DNA from: Thermomicrobiales bacterium
Lineage (GTDB): Bacteria; Chloroflexota; Chloroflexia; Thermomicrobiales; CFX8
Assembly: GCA_041751795.1 (NCBI GenBank)
Contig: JBGSWU010000181.1
Coordinates: 4,835-68,834, forward strand
Reading direction: 5' to 3'
Length of the DNA: 64,000 nt
This document shows, in pieces, positions 36,506-46,598 of this stretch (position 1 is the first letter of the stretch; every line of letters begins with the position of its first letter). The notes below the pieces were generated by a model, which was not told the DNA's origin, made no database searches, and saw nothing but the letters and a program-made list of their open reading frames with translations. The position numbers and the translations under genes are program-made.

Positions 36506-36985
36506 ATGCCTGACAAGCGGTACACCAAAGTCGAAGAAGAAGTGCTCCAGATCCTTGATCGTCTCGAAAGCGAGAAACCAGCTCCCTCCCGCCCGAATCT
36601 CCGGCTCGTCGAATCCGGTCGTCCTCAAAAGCGTCACGGCCGGAAACGGTCGTTCAAGCCATCGCTGAATCTCGGCCGATTTGCTACCGGACGTCCATGG
36701 ATCTTTATTGCTGGGGCGATCGGCCTTGCGTTTGTAGCCATCCTCGTTCGCGACACCTCGCAGAACCTGGCGTTCGCGTTCGCGATGGCCAGCATCGTCG
36801 CGTTCTTCGCACCGATCTTTCTGGGTCGCGGCGGTCGAGGATCGGCAGGGCCAATCGGTTCTAGCGGAGAAATTAGGCAATGGCGAGGTCGGGACGTATC
36901 GTTTGAACCACCATCTGGTCCATCGCCCGCAGAACGCCTCAGCCGATGGTTCCAGAAACGTCGAGGCGGCGGACCTCGCCTCTAG
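36506..36985 (+). CDS. Hypothetical membrane protein (basic N- and C-terminal regions, two TM helices)
   Basis: 159-aa ORF. Central hydrophobic segments WIFIAGAIGLAFVAILV and LAFAFAMASIVAFFAPIFL. No family recognised. Confidence 0.5.
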   Translation: MPDKRYTKVEEEVLQILDRLESEKPAPSRPNLRLVESGRPQKRHGRKRSFKPSLNLGRFATGRPWIFIAGAIGLAFVAILVRDTSQNLAFAFAMASIVAFFAPIFLGRGGRGSAGPIGSSGEIRQWRGRDVSFEPPSGPSPAERLSRWFQKRRGGGPRL

Positions 36986-37045
36986 TACGGTTCCTCGTGA
37001 GCATGTTACGATCGCAGCCGTGTTCGACGCGCCGAAACGCGAACG

Positions 37046-37525
37046 GTGGAGATTGGCAGGCGCTTGATGCCCAGGATCGTGTCGGATCTGGTCGATACGT
37101 ACCTGTTTCGAAAAATCAACGCTAGACCCCAGTTTCTCGTCCTTCGTCGCCGATCCGATTCACCGCAGGGAGATCTGTGGCAATCGATACACACTCGGGT
37201 TGCTAATGGAGAAACGGCCATCGACGCAGCGCGGCGCGACGTCCAGTCATCGACCGGGCTCGTACCTGTCCAGTTCTATTCGGCGGATTACATCGCTCAG
37301 TTCTACGATCACGCATCTGATTCAATCATTCTCGCGCCAACGTTGGCTGCGCTGATCAACCCCAAATCGACCGTCAGTGTCGGAGCGGAATTCAGCGACT
37401 ACGCTTGGTGCGATCTGGAAGAGACAACATCGCGATTGATGTACTCGGCCCAACGATGGGCTGTTCGTCACATCTATGAGCTGATTGCGATGGGTGGCGA
37501 GGAATCTGACATCTATGCCATTTGA
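37046..37525 (+). CDS. Nudix-fold protein (NudB-like) with a degenerate Nudix box
   Basis: [42 protein letters not shown] aligns with the NudB-type region (FWQSVTGSLEEGETAPQAAMREVKEEV). The REUXEE glutamates read RDVQSS here. The start is ambiguous (GTG 37046 or ATG 37067). Confidence 0.6.
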   Translation: MEIGRRLMPRIVSDLVDTYLFRKINARPQFLVLRRRSDSPQGDLWQSIHTRVANGETAIDAARRDVQSSTGLVPVQFYSADYIAQFYDHASDSIILAPTLAALINPKSTVSVGAEFSDYAWCDLEETTSRLMYSAQRWAVRHIYELIAMGGEESDIYAI

Positions 37526-37632
37526 CGTCCATTTACGGGCGTCCGGACGCGGAAAACGGTATACTTAGAATCGTTCGCCGGCCCCAATCGGAGGCCGGCT
37601 CGTTTGTCGCAAGACGGACGGAGCACCTGTCT

Positions 37633-39627
37633 ATGGCACCTCTACAGATCGTCTCCGATCTTAAACCGACCGGCGACCAACCTAAGGCAATCGAAGCGCT
37701 CGTTCAAGGACTCCAGCAAGGGCACAAGCATCAAACGCTGCTGGGTGTGACTGGTTCCGGCAAGACGTTCACGATGGCAAACGTCATCGAGGTCCTTCAA
37801 CGACCTACGCTCGTGCTTGCCCATAACAAGACACTCGCCGCGCAACTGTACAGCGAGTTCAAAGAATTCTTTCCTGAAAACGCGGTCGAGTACTTCGTGT
37901 CCTACTATGACTACTACCAACCCGAAGCCTATATTGCCCGGACCGATACCTACATCGAGAAAGACGCCCAGATCAACGATGAGATAGACAAGCTCCGACA
38001 CGCGGCGACTCGAGCGCTGCTATCGCGGGACGATGTCATCATCGTTGCGTCTGTGTCGTGCATTTATGGCCTTGGCTCGCCGTCCGATTACGAGGAACAG
38101 GTCGTCAAACTCAAGCGCGGACAAGCCGTGCGCCGTGACCGCGTTCTTCGTCACCTCATCGACGTTCAGTACGATCGCAACGACATGACGCTCGTTCGTG
38201 GGACGTTTCGGGTGCGCGGTGACACCGTCGAGATCTACCCCGTCTACGACGAGATCGCAGTCCGGATCGAGTTCTTTGGCGACGAAGTTGAGCGAATCGT
38301 CGAACTCGACCCGCTGACCGGAGAAATCCTCGTCGAGAGGATGGAGATCGACATCTACCCGGCCAAGCACTTTGTAACGACTGACGAGAAACTCAAGGTC
38401 GCGATCAAAGACATCGAGGTCGAGCTGGAAGAACGGCTCGAAGAGCTGGAAGAGCGTGGAAATGTTCTCGAAGCAGCCAGACTTAAGCAACGAACGCGTT
38501 ACGACATCGAAATGCTCCAGCAGGCCGGCTATTGTTCAGGTGTTGAGAATTATTCGATGCATCTGGGGAGGCGTCTGCCGGGGCAAACGCCCTGGACGTT
38601 ACTGGACTATTTCCCCTCTGACTTCCTGTTGTTCGTCGACGAGTCGCACATCTCGCTCCCACAGGTACGCGGGATGTACGCGGGCGACATGGCACGAAAA
38701 GATGTTCTCATCGAGCACGGATTCCGACTTCCGTCAGCCCGTGATAATCGCCCGTTGACGTTCGACGAGTTCCAGGCACATCTCAACCGGGCGATTTATG
38801 TTTCGGCGACGCCGGGACCGTACGAGATGGAACACTCGGTCCAAGTCGTCGAGCAGATCATACGCCCAACCGGCCTGATCGATCCTCCAATCTCGGTTCG
38901 CCCAACGAAGGGCCAGGTCGACGACCTGATGCACGAGATCAACGAGCGCGTAAACCGTGGCGAGCGAACTCTTGTCACGACGCTGACGAAGAAGATGGCC
39001 GAAGATCTCTCTGATTACATGAAAGAACTCGGGATTCGAACGCACTACCTCCACTCGGAGATCGAGACGCTGGAACGAATCGAAATCCTTCGAGACCTGC
39101 GGTTAGGCATCTACGACGTCGTCGTCGGAATCAACCTCCTTCGAGAAGGACTTGACCTGCCGGAAGTCACACTGGTAGCGATCCTCGACGCCGATAAAGA
39201 AGGGTTCCTGCGTTCAACCGGGTCGTTAATTCAGACGGTTGGACGGGCGGCTCGACACGTCGACGGCATGGCGATCATGTACGCCGACAACATGACGCGT
39301 TCGATGCAAACGGCGATCGACGAAACCTACCGACGACGTGAAAAACAGATCGCCCACAACGAATCCAACGGCATTTCACCTCGCTCAATCGTCAAAGAGA
39401 TCAAGGATCTCACCGAGCGAGTCAAGATGGCCGCGGAAGAATCGCACGCATACGATGCAAGTGTTCCCGACGGGGCGATCGCGCATATCCCTCCAGATGA
39501 GTTGGCCCGATTGATCTTCGACCTTGAGCGGCAGATGAAGGATGCCGCCAAGATGCTCGAGTTTGAAAAGGCCGCCCTTCTTCGAGATCAGATCGTTCAA
39601 CTACGCCGCATTCAGGAAGTGGTGTAG
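37633..39627 (+). CDS. uvrB: Excinuclease ABC subunit B
   Basis: Start moved to ATG 37633 ([23 protein letters not shown]), matching the canonical UvrB N-terminus. Walker [13 protein letters not shown] box, and C-terminal UVR domain ([11 protein letters not shown]). Confidence 0.95.
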   Translation: MAPLQIVSDLKPTGDQPKAIEALVQGLQQGHKHQTLLGVTGSGKTFTMANVIEVLQRPTLVLAHNKTLAAQLYSEFKEFFPENAVEYFVSYYDYYQPEAYIARTDTYIEKDAQINDEIDKLRHAATRALLSRDDVIIVASVSCIYGLGSPSDYEEQVVKLKRGQAVRRDRVLRHLIDVQYDRNDMTLVRGTFRVRGDTVEIYPVYDEIAVRIEFFGDEVERIVELDPLTGEILVERMEIDIYPAKHFVTTDEKLKVAIKDIEVELEERLEELEERGNVLEAARLKQRTRYDIEMLQQAGYCSGVENYSMHLGRRLPGQTPWTLLDYFPSDFLLFVDESHISLPQVRGMYAGDMARKDVLIEHGFRLPSARDNRPLTFDEFQAHLNRAIYVSATPGPYEMEHSVQVVEQIIRPTGLIDPPISVRPTKGQVDDLMHEINERVNRGERTLVTTLTKKMAEDLSDYMKELGIRTHYLHSEIETLERIEILRDLRLGIYDVVVGINLLREGLDLPEVTLVAILDADKEGFLRSTGSLIQTVGRAARHVDGMAIMYADNMTRSMQTAIDETYRRREKQIAHNESNGISPRSIVKEIKDLTERVKMAAEESHAYDASVPDGAIAHIPPDELARLIFDLERQMKDAAKMLEFEKAALLRDQIVQLRRIQEVV

Positions 39628-39716
39628 GCTTCTGCACCGACAGCGCGCCCAAGCGTCCTTGACTCGCGTACGAGGGGCGCGCTGATGGTATGGGGCGAAG
39701 GAAGGACTGACTCGAT

Positions 39717-41036
39717 TTGGGTGACCGCCGATCCTACGGCAATGGACGCAGTGGCGTTCCGAATGGCCGTGAACGGGTTGTGCGCGACGGTGAACGCTCA
39801 CAGCGAAATCTGTTCGTTGGTGTAGCGTTCTTCGTTTCTGCACTACTCATCATCGCCGTAATCGTATTCGCTCGCCGCGACAACAACGATGATGATCAGC
39901 AGGGCATTGTCGTTAGTCAGTCGACGAGCACGGTTCCTGCGACGAGTGCGCAGAATTCGCCTACTGAGACGAATACGACTGAAACTGGACCGACGACATC
40001 AGCGAACACCGCGACGACGACGACTGCCTCGACAACATCAGCCTCAACGGCCACGGAAACGAATACCGATCCATCAGCGCCGACGCCTGACGCCGACGAG
40101 CCCGAACCGACAGCAACTGAGGAAGAAGTTGTAGACGTCGAAGACCCGACTGAAACGACTGGCTCAAACGAACCACTTCCGACAGAAGAACCGCCGTTTA
40201 TCGGCGAGTTTGGAACTCTACCGCCTGCGCAGATCGTATCTGGAGGTCTCGCCCGTCCGCTAAACCTGGACTACGATCTTGCAACGTCACTCGACGTTCC
40301 CGAGTCAGCGCCAGTCTATCGACTTGAATGGCCTGTCTGGACCGAAGAAGATGTCGCAACTATCTCCGCCAATCTCGATCTCGACGGCGAAATCGAAGGT
40401 GGTCCGGGGAACTATCAGGTGTTCGGATCTGCCAGCGAGATTTACTTCAACGGTCCAACGATCCAATACGTCTATACGGGTAGCCTGCCGCCGCTACCTC
40501 TCGGGACCGATGGGAGCGTCATTGAATCTGCCCGTTCATGGATCTACGCGAATGGGTTTATTAGCGACGATCTCGATGGCGGCGTCGTCATCGGAAGAGA
40601 CGATGATGCTGGTCGCGCGATCGTTCTTTTCAAGCCTGCCCAGGTGTCTCCGGTCCTATCGTTTCTTCCGTCGGCAACGGTGACCATTGGCCCGGGCGGG
40701 TCCGTCATCGAAGCAAACATCCGGTGGCCTTCTAACTATGTCGGAGCTGATTACGGCCTCTGGTCCGGCGATACCCTATGGAACAAGGTATTGGCCGGGG
40801 AAGCATCGATACAAGCCGATCTTTCAGAGATCGGCGGTAGTGGGACGCTTACCGGCACTCTGTCGGTTTACGACGTGTCGATAGCCTACTCCTACGCTAG
40901 CAGCTCGGGAGGCAGCGAGTATCTTGTCCCGCTCATCGTCTTTTCTGGTGAAGCTACCCTCAATGAGACCGGAGATGTTGTGTCCGTCTCTATCTACGTA
41001 TCGGCTATCGCCGGCCAGGCGACGCCGCAAGGATGA
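39717..41036 (+). CDS. Hypothetical membrane-anchored extracytoplasmic protein with a T/A/S/E/P-rich linker
   Basis: 439 aa. TTG start after GAAGGAAGGA, one N-terminal TM helix (LFVGVAFFVSALLIIAVIVFA), an approximately 100-aa low-complexity linker, and an approximately 280-aa globular region with no recognised family. Confidence 0.6.
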   Translation: MGDRRSYGNGRSGVPNGRERVVRDGERSQRNLFVGVAFFVSALLIIAVIVFARRDNNDDDQQGIVVSQSTSTVPATSAQNSPTETNTTETGPTTSANTATTTTASTTSASTATETNTDPSAPTPDADEPEPTATEEEVVDVEDPTETTGSNEPLPTEEPPFIGEFGTLPPAQIVSGGLARPLNLDYDLATSLDVPESAPVYRLEWPVWTEEDVATISANLDLDGEIEGGPGNYQVFGSASEIYFNGPTIQYVYTGSLPPLPLGTDGSVIESARSWIYANGFISDDLDGGVVIGRDDDAGRAIVLFKPAQVSPVLSFLPSATVTIGPGGSVIEANIRWPSNYVGADYGLWSGDTLWNKVLAGEASIQADLSEIGGSGTLTGTLSVYDVSIAYSYASSSGGSEYLVPLIVFSGEATLNETGDVVSVSIYVSAIAGQATPQG

Positions 41037-41040
41037 AGAA

Positions 41041-42675
41041 ATGAAGCAGCGACGGATCGCGATTCCGTTGGTCGTCGGACTATTGTTGCTCACCGTTTTC
41101 AGCGCGCTGGCGATTGGACGTGGCGATCAGGCCGCGGACGCGAGTGCTGTTCTTCGCTGGGGATACTATGTCAACTACGACGCAACGTCGCGGACGTCGC
41201 TGGATGCAAACCTCACGAAACTCGATATCGTCACCCCGTACTGGTATCACATCACTCCGGCTGGCGACACGAATTCGTTTTCACAGCCAACTGTGACGGC
41301 GATGCTGCAAGCCAATGGCATCAAAGTCCTGCCGCTGGTCCAGAATGAGTCGAAGTGGAACGAGTTCACGAAGACGATCGAGACGCCCGAAAAACGGGAT
41401 GCGATTGTGGCGAAGCTGGTCACCGTCGTCAGTTCGAATGGCTACGATGGCATCCAGATCGACTTCGAAGGGGTGAATGCCAGCGACGCAGATAAACTCA
41501 CCGATTTCATGAAGCGCCTCCATAGCGCGTTCAAGCCGCGCGGTTGGATGGTCAGCCAGGCGGTGATCGCACGTTCGAGCGACGCGTCCAGTTACTGGGG
41601 CGGCGCGTACGACTACCGCGAACTTGCGAAGTACAACGACTACATCGCAATCATGGCCTACGACTATGGCTACGCTGGACGACCGGACCCAATCGCCGTT
41701 GCCCCGATCTGGTGGGTAGACGATGTTTCCGACTACGCAATCTCTAGGATTCCTCGCGAGAAGGTGATTCTCGGCGTTCCGTTCTATGGCTACGATTGGA
41801 ACGTCACAAAGGGACCACCAGCGTCATCGGTAAGCTACGCAAAAGCCATGGATCTCGCGAAGCATGACGGTGCAATCCTTGAATACGATCGGGAACATGA
41901 AGCCAACCGGCTTCGCTATAAAGACGACAACGGCGACGACCACGAAGTCTGGTTCGAAAGTGCCGACAGTTTCGAAGCAAAACTGCGAATCGTTACGGAC
42001 AAGCGCATGGCTGGCTTCGCGAGTTGGCGATTAGGCCATGAGGATCCTGAAACGTGGACCGTCATCGGATCGATTCAAACACCAGCGACACGCATTCCAC
42101 CGCTCGACGACTCAGCGAATCGGATCTACTTCCCGGAAACCGGACATTCGCTTGCTTATGGATTTCTCGAATACTGGCGTGAAAACGGCGGGCTTGCTCG
42201 CTTTGGCTATCCCAGGACAGAAGAGTTTACTGAAACTGACCCGATGGTCGGTATCTCCTACACCGTTCAGTATTTTGAACGAGCACGGTTTGAGTACCAC
42301 CCCGAGTTTGCCGACACGGAGTTCGAAGTATTGATTGGTCACACCGGTCGATGGGCACTCGCAACACGAGGACTCGACCCTTGGGACACGGCGACTGGTC
42401 CTAAGCCGGGCGCGAAATACTTTCCGGAGACCGATCACAACCTGGGCGGAACTTTCCTCAGGTATTGGGACGCGAATGGCGGACTGATGACCTACGGTTA
42501 CCCGATCAGTGAGGAAATAACAGAAGTCAATCCTGAGGACGGAAACACATACGTCGTTCAATATTTTGAGCGCGCCCGCTTTGAGTACCATCCCGAGTAC
42601 GCTGGGACGAAATCCGAAGTCTTGCTGGGGCTACTTGGCAATGAAATCCTTCGAGAACGAGGATGGGTCAGATGA
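41041..42675 (+). CDS. Secreted glycoside hydrolase family 18-like protein with two C-terminal repeat domains
   Basis: Start at ATG 41041 (MKQRRIAIPLVVGLLLLTVFSALA signal/anchor), AAGGA upstream. GH18 catalytic motif YDGIQIDFEG. The upstream 39 codons of the track ORF overlap the previous gene. Confidence 0.8.
   Translation: MKQRRIAIPLVVGLLLLTVFSALAIGRGDQAADASAVLRWGYYVNYDATSRTSLDANLTKLDIVTPYWYHITPAGDTNSFSQPTVTAMLQANGIKVLPLVQNESKWNEFTKTIETPEKRDAIVAKLVTVVSSNGYDGIQIDFEGVNASDADKLTDFMKRLHSAFKPRGWMVSQAVIARSSDASSYWGGAYDYRELAKYNDYIAIMAYDYGYAGRPDPIAVAPIWWVDDVSDYAISRIPREKVILGVPFYGYDWNVTKGPPASSVSYAKAMDLAKHDGAILEYDREHEANRLRYKDDNGDDHEVWFESADSFEAKLRIVTDKRMAGFASWRLGHEDPETWTVIGSIQTPATRIPPLDDSANRIYFPETGHSLAYGFLEYWRENGGLARFGYPRTEEFTETDPMVGISYTVQYFERARFEYHPEFADTEFEVLIGHTGRWALATRGLDPWDTATGPKPGAKYFPETDHNLGGTFLRYWDANGGLMTYGYPISEEITEVNPEDGNTYVVQYFERARFEYHPEYAGTKSEVLLGLLGNEILRERGWVR
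42127..42672 (+). repeat. Tandem duplication of an approximately 97-aa domain within the GH18-like protein
   Basis: Repeat 1 starts at 42127 (YFPETGHSLAYGFLEYWRENGGLARFGYPRTEEFTE...YTVQYFERARFEYHPEF). Repeat 2 starts at 42418 (YFPETDHNLGGTFLRYWDANGGLMTYGYPISEEITE...YVVQYFERARFEYHPEY). The offset is 291 nt. Confidence 0.7.
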
Positions 42676-43157
42676 GCGAATCGGAATCCGAATACGGAAA
42701 GCGAACCATTCTCGTCATCCACGGTCCGAATTTGAACCTCCTCGGTCGTCGTCAACCTGAGATCTACGGCACGACCACGCTAAGTGAAATTGATGAGGCT
42801 CTGACTCAGGCGGCGGCCGAACGTAATTTCGAACTCGTCATTACTCAATCGAACTACGAAGGGGCGCTGATCGACCAGATCCAGCGAATGGGCTGGATAG
42901 CCTCTGGTATCATCATCAATCCGGGCGCGTTGACGCACTACAGTATTGCGCTGCGTGACGCGCTGGCTGCCGTACCTGCTCCAGCGATCGAGATTCATCT
43001 GTCGAACATCGCCGCACGGGAGACGTTTCGACATCACTCGGTCATATCAGCCATCGCGCACGGTACGATTGCCGGACTTGGACCCAGCGGGTATATGCTC
43101 GCGCTGCATTACCTGATGGATCTAGTTGATCTTGAGGAGGCGACTTCCGTTGAGTGA
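42672..43157 (+). CDS. aroQ: 3-dehydroquinate dehydratase, type II
   Basis: ILVIHGPNLNLLGRRQPEIYG and HLSNIAARE motifs. ATG 42672 overlaps the GH18 stop (ATGA), with GAGGA 8 nt upstream. ATG 42663 is also possible. Confidence 0.9.
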   Translation: MSESESEYGKRTILVIHGPNLNLLGRRQPEIYGTTTLSEIDEALTQAAAERNFELVITQSNYEGALIDQIQRMGWIASGIIINPGALTHYSIALRDALAAVPAPAIEIHLSNIAARETFRHHSVISAIAHGTIAGLGPSGYMLALHYLMDLVDLEEATSVE

Positions 43158-44253
43158 GACGAGCGAGCGCGTTGATCGCGTCCGTGCTTTGATGGCCGAA
43201 CAGAACCTCGACTGTCTGCTCATCACCCATCCCAGCAACCGCGTGTATCTGACCGGCTTCACCGGTGAGGATATTGCGCCCAACGAGTCAACCGGTCATC
43301 TCTTCATCACGAAGTCCGACGCTGTCCTCGTTACCGGGACCGTAAACGTCACCCAGGCTGAGGCACAGGCTCCGCACATTCGCATTATCAAGCGCGAGGG
43401 TGGTTGGCCGAAGGCTGACGCAAACATCGTTGTCGAACTGGGTGCTCAACGAATCGGCTACGAAGCCGAGGCGATGCTCGTCGGAACCTTTCACGGAATC
43501 ACAGCCCAACTCAACGAGCAAAAACACCACCACGAATGGGTCGTTGCGGACGGTCTCGTCGAATCATTGCGAATTGTGAAATCCGAATCCGAAATCGCCC
43601 TCCTCCGGAAAGCGTTCGAAATCACGAGCGAAGCGTTTGAGCGCGTCAGGCCAACGATTGAAGCGGGACAGACCGAATGGGACGTGGCGTGGCGAATCCA
43701 TCAGGCATTCGTTGAACTTGGGTCGGATGGACCTGCTTTCCCGACTATCGTCGCCGCTGGAACCCATGCGGCACGGCCACACCATGAACCAGGCAGCCGG
43801 GTGATCCGCGAGGGCGAACCAATCGTCATCGACATGGGCGCTCGATATCACGGCTACTGCGCGGATCTTACGAGAACCGTCTGGGTTGGCGAACCCGACG
43901 AAAAACTACGCGAGATATACCCCATTGTCGCTGCAGCCGTCGAAGAAGCGATCGAGCGTGTACAGCCCGGCATGACCGGGGCCGATATGGACGCAGCCGC
44001 GCGCGGATACATCGACGCTCGTGGTTACGGCGAAGCGTTCGGTCATGGACTCGGTCACGGCGTTGGCGTGCGCGTCCACGAGGGTCCGTCGGCATCGAAA
44101 GAATCAAAGGATATCCTGGCTATTGGTCATGTGATCACTGTCGAGCCAGGCATATACCTGCCCGAGTGGGGCGGCGTCCGAGTCGAAGACGTTATCCTCA
44201 TCACCGAAGAGGGCATAGAAGTCCTCACAACGGCGTCGAAACAACAGATCTAG
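43126..44253 (+). CDS. pepP: Xaa-Pro aminopeptidase (M24B)
   Basis: Creatinase-like N-domain and pita-bread fold metal ligands (DMGARYHGYCADLTRT, HGLGHGVG, EPGIY, VRVED). The start is uncertain (ATG 43126 or TTG 43150); both overlap the aroQ end. Confidence 0.85.
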   Translation: MILRRRLPLSETSERVDRVRALMAEQNLDCLLITHPSNRVYLTGFTGEDIAPNESTGHLFITKSDAVLVTGTVNVTQAEAQAPHIRIIKREGGWPKADANIVVELGAQRIGYEAEAMLVGTFHGITAQLNEQKHHHEWVVADGLVESLRIVKSESEIALLRKAFEITSEAFERVRPTIEAGQTEWDVAWRIHQAFVELGSDGPAFPTIVAAGTHAARPHHEPGSRVIREGEPIVIDMGARYHGYCADLTRTVWVGEPDEKLREIYPIVAAAVEEAIERVQPGMTGADMDAAARGYIDARGYGEAFGHGLGHGVGVRVHEGPSASKESKDILAIGHVITVEPGIYLPEWGGVRVEDVILITEEGIEVLTTASKQQI

Positions 44254-44275
44254 CAGGGAACGGAAAAGCTAAGCG

Positions 44276-44836
44276 ATGATCGACACAGGCGAACTTCGAA
44301 AAGGCATCATCATTGAATACGAAGGCGCGCTCCAGCGCATCATTGAGTACAACCATGTGAAGCAGGGGCGAGGAAGCGCATTCGTCCGATTGACGATGCG
44401 GAATCTTCGAACGGGCTCAACTACGCAACAGACGTTCCAGGCGGGGAGCAAGTTCCCACTGGTTCGGCTGGAACGACAGCGAGCGCAGTACCTGTATCCT
44501 GAGGACGAACGCTACAACTTCATGGACCTCGACTCATTCGAGCAGTTTTCACTAGACAAGGAAACGCTCGGTAACGCACTCAACTACATCAAGGAGCAGG
44601 ACACGATCGATCTCCTCACCTATCAGGGCGAGGCAATCGACATCGAGATCCCGATCACCGTAAACCTCGTTGTGACGCAGACTGATCCTGGGCTTCGTGG
44701 CGATACCGCGACTGGTGGGACAAAACCCGCTACACTCGAAACAGGTGTCACTGTCACCGTCCCGTTGTTCGTCAACGAAGGCGATACGTTGAAGATCGAT
44801 ACGCGCACGAATCAGTATCTTGAACGCGTCACCTAA
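44276..44836 (+). CDS. efp: Elongation factor P
   Basis: 186 aa. MIDTGELRKGIIIEYEGALQRIIEYNHVKQGRGSAFVRLTMRNLRTG is a canonical EF-P N-terminus. Confidence 0.95.
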   Translation: MIDTGELRKGIIIEYEGALQRIIEYNHVKQGRGSAFVRLTMRNLRTGSTTQQTFQAGSKFPLVRLERQRAQYLYPEDERYNFMDLDSFEQFSLDKETLGNALNYIKEQDTIDLLTYQGEAIDIEIPITVNLVVTQTDPGLRGDTATGGTKPATLETGVTVTVPLFVNEGDTLKIDTRTNQYLERVT

Positions 44837-44864
44837 GCAAGCATCAACGAAGGAGCGAATACGC

Positions 44865-45383
44865 GTGAGCAGCGACGTACGGTCCAGCGGTTCAAACGAG
44901 CAGGGACAACCTGACGCGTCTGCGTCCGATTTCGGGCAGTTGGCTGCGCTGGTTCACGCGTTCATCGGCATGATGCAGGCTGGCGGAATCGCGCGGATGG
45001 ACGTCGAGCACGGCGAACTCCGATTGTCGTTGCGTGCCCACGAAGCCGCAGGATCGCCGGTCCAGTACGTTGCCCGATCGGATGGCGGCGTCCAGGTGAT
45101 CGCCAACGGTGCCGACGGGCCGACAGAATCCTCTGGCGATCATGTTGTTCGAGCGCCGATGATTGGCACGTTCTACGTCGCATCTGCGCCGAACGAGCCA
45201 CCATTTGTACAACCTGGCGATGCTGTAGAAGAAGGTCAAACGATCGGTATCATCGAGGCGATGAAGATCATGAACGAGATTGCGTCTGACCGCGCGGGAA
45301 CTGTAGTCGAAGTCCTCGCCCAGGACTCTCAAACCGTCGAGTATGGCAGCCCACTCATTCGTATCACCCCTGCCACCGATTAG
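44865..45383 (+). CDS. accB: Biotin carboxyl carrier protein (AccB)
   Basis: Biotinylation motif IEAMKIMNEI in a lipoyl-like C-terminal domain. The start is placed at GTG 44865, 9 nt after AAGGAG. The track start at 44820 overlaps efp. Confidence 0.85.
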   Translation: MSSDVRSSGSNEQGQPDASASDFGQLAALVHAFIGMMQAGGIARMDVEHGELRLSLRAHEAAGSPVQYVARSDGGVQVIANGADGPTESSGDHVVRAPMIGTFYVASAPNEPPFVQPGDAVEEGQTIGIIEAMKIMNEIASDRAGTVVEVLAQDSQTVEYGSPLIRITPATD

Positions 45384-45392
45384 GTCGACATC

Positions 45393-46598
45393 GTGCGAGT
45401 CTTATCTGTTTTCGAGATCACCAGTTACATTCGAGAACTCGTTGAGTATGATCCGATCCTCAGCGACATTTGGATACGAGGGGAAGTCCGCAACTTTTCC
45501 CGCTCTGCCGCTGGACACATGTACTTCTGCCTGACCAGCGAAGGCATTCAGATCAACTGCGTTCTCTTCCGCGGAAACCAGCATGGGATCCTGGCAATGC
45601 CCCGCAACGGTGACGCTGTCCTCGCACATGGACGGGTCGCGATTTACGAGGCGCGCGGCCAGTATCAACTCATGGTCGACAACGTTGCGCCTGAAGGTAT
45701 CGGAATACTCCAACTTCAATTCGAGGAAGTGAAACGAAGGCTGGAAGCCGATGGGCTGTTCGCTGACGAGCGCAAGCGATCTCTTCCCGAGATGCCATCG
45801 ACGGTTGGTGTCGTTACGTCAAGCCAAGGCGCGGTTTGGCACGACATTCAGACGGTGGTGGCACGCCGCTTTCCGCTCGTTGAACTCGTTCTCGCTCCGA
45901 GCGCTGTTCAGGGTCCGAACGCCGCCGACGAACTCGTCGATGGTATCGAGGCACTGCAAAGGCTGGGGAGATGTGACGTCATCATAATCGGGCGCGGAGG
46001 CGGAGCAGCAGAAGACCTCGCCGCCTTTAATGACGAGCGCGTCGCCCGAGCGATATTCGCTTCTACAATCCCAATCGTGAGTGCTGTCGGCCATGAAACC
46101 GACACCTGCATCGCTGATCTGGTTGCAGACATGCGGGCGCCCACGCCGAGCGCTGCTGCTGAAATGTGCGTGCCAAACGGACGCGATCTCCTGGCGGCAA
46201 GCGGCTATCTGGTTTCGAGAGCAAGAACGCGTACGCTAGATCATTTCCGCGACGCGCGAAACGAACTCGGAGTGATGATTTCCAGGATCGATCGCCGTCA
46301 TCCGAGATCACGAATCTCCGCAGCTCGTCAGGACATCGACCAGCAAAACGTCGTGACGCGAAGAGTGATCGACCAGTTTCTGAACGAACGTCGCGGCCAC
46401 ATCGCGATGCAGCAAGCCCAAGCAGCCCTGCTCGATCCACGTGAGGTCCTCCGGAGAGGTTACGCAATCGTGACGGCAGCCAACGGTGCTGGCGGTCGAA
46501 GAATCTCGACCGCCAGCGCCGCGTCTCAACAACCTGACCTCATGCTTACATTCAGTGACGGATCGATTCCGACTCGAGTGACGTCCAAACAGGAGTAG
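45393..46598 (+). CDS. xseA: Exodeoxyribonuclease VII large subunit
   Basis: 401 aa. OB-fold N-terminus (VFEITSYIRELVE...IWIRGEVRNFS) and catalytic core (GVVTSSQGAVWHDI, IIIGRGGGAAEDL). Confidence 0.9.
   Translation: MRVLSVFEITSYIRELVEYDPILSDIWIRGEVRNFSRSAAGHMYFCLTSEGIQINCVLFRGNQHGILAMPRNGDAVLAHGRVAIYEARGQYQLMVDNVAPEGIGILQLQFEEVKRRLEADGLFADERKRSLPEMPSTVGVVTSSQGAVWHDIQTVVARRFPLVELVLAPSAVQGPNAADELVDGIEALQRLGRCDVIIIGRGGGAAEDLAAFNDERVARAIFASTIPIVSAVGHETDTCIADLVADMRAPTPSAAAEMCVPNGRDLLAASGYLVSRARTRTLDHFRDARNELGVMISRIDRRHPRSRISAARQDIDQQNVVTRRVIDQFLNERRGHIAMQQAQAALLDPREVLRRGYAIVTAANGAGGRRISTASAASQQPDLMLTFSDGSIPTRVTSKQE

Noticed and set aside
39960-40140. Repetitive-looking nucleotide stretch (ACG/GCC/GAC-rich) as a tandem repeat or CRISPR-like array.
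   Set aside because: There are no exact direct repeats with spacers. It encodes the T/A/S/E/P low-complexity linker of the 439-aa anchored protein.
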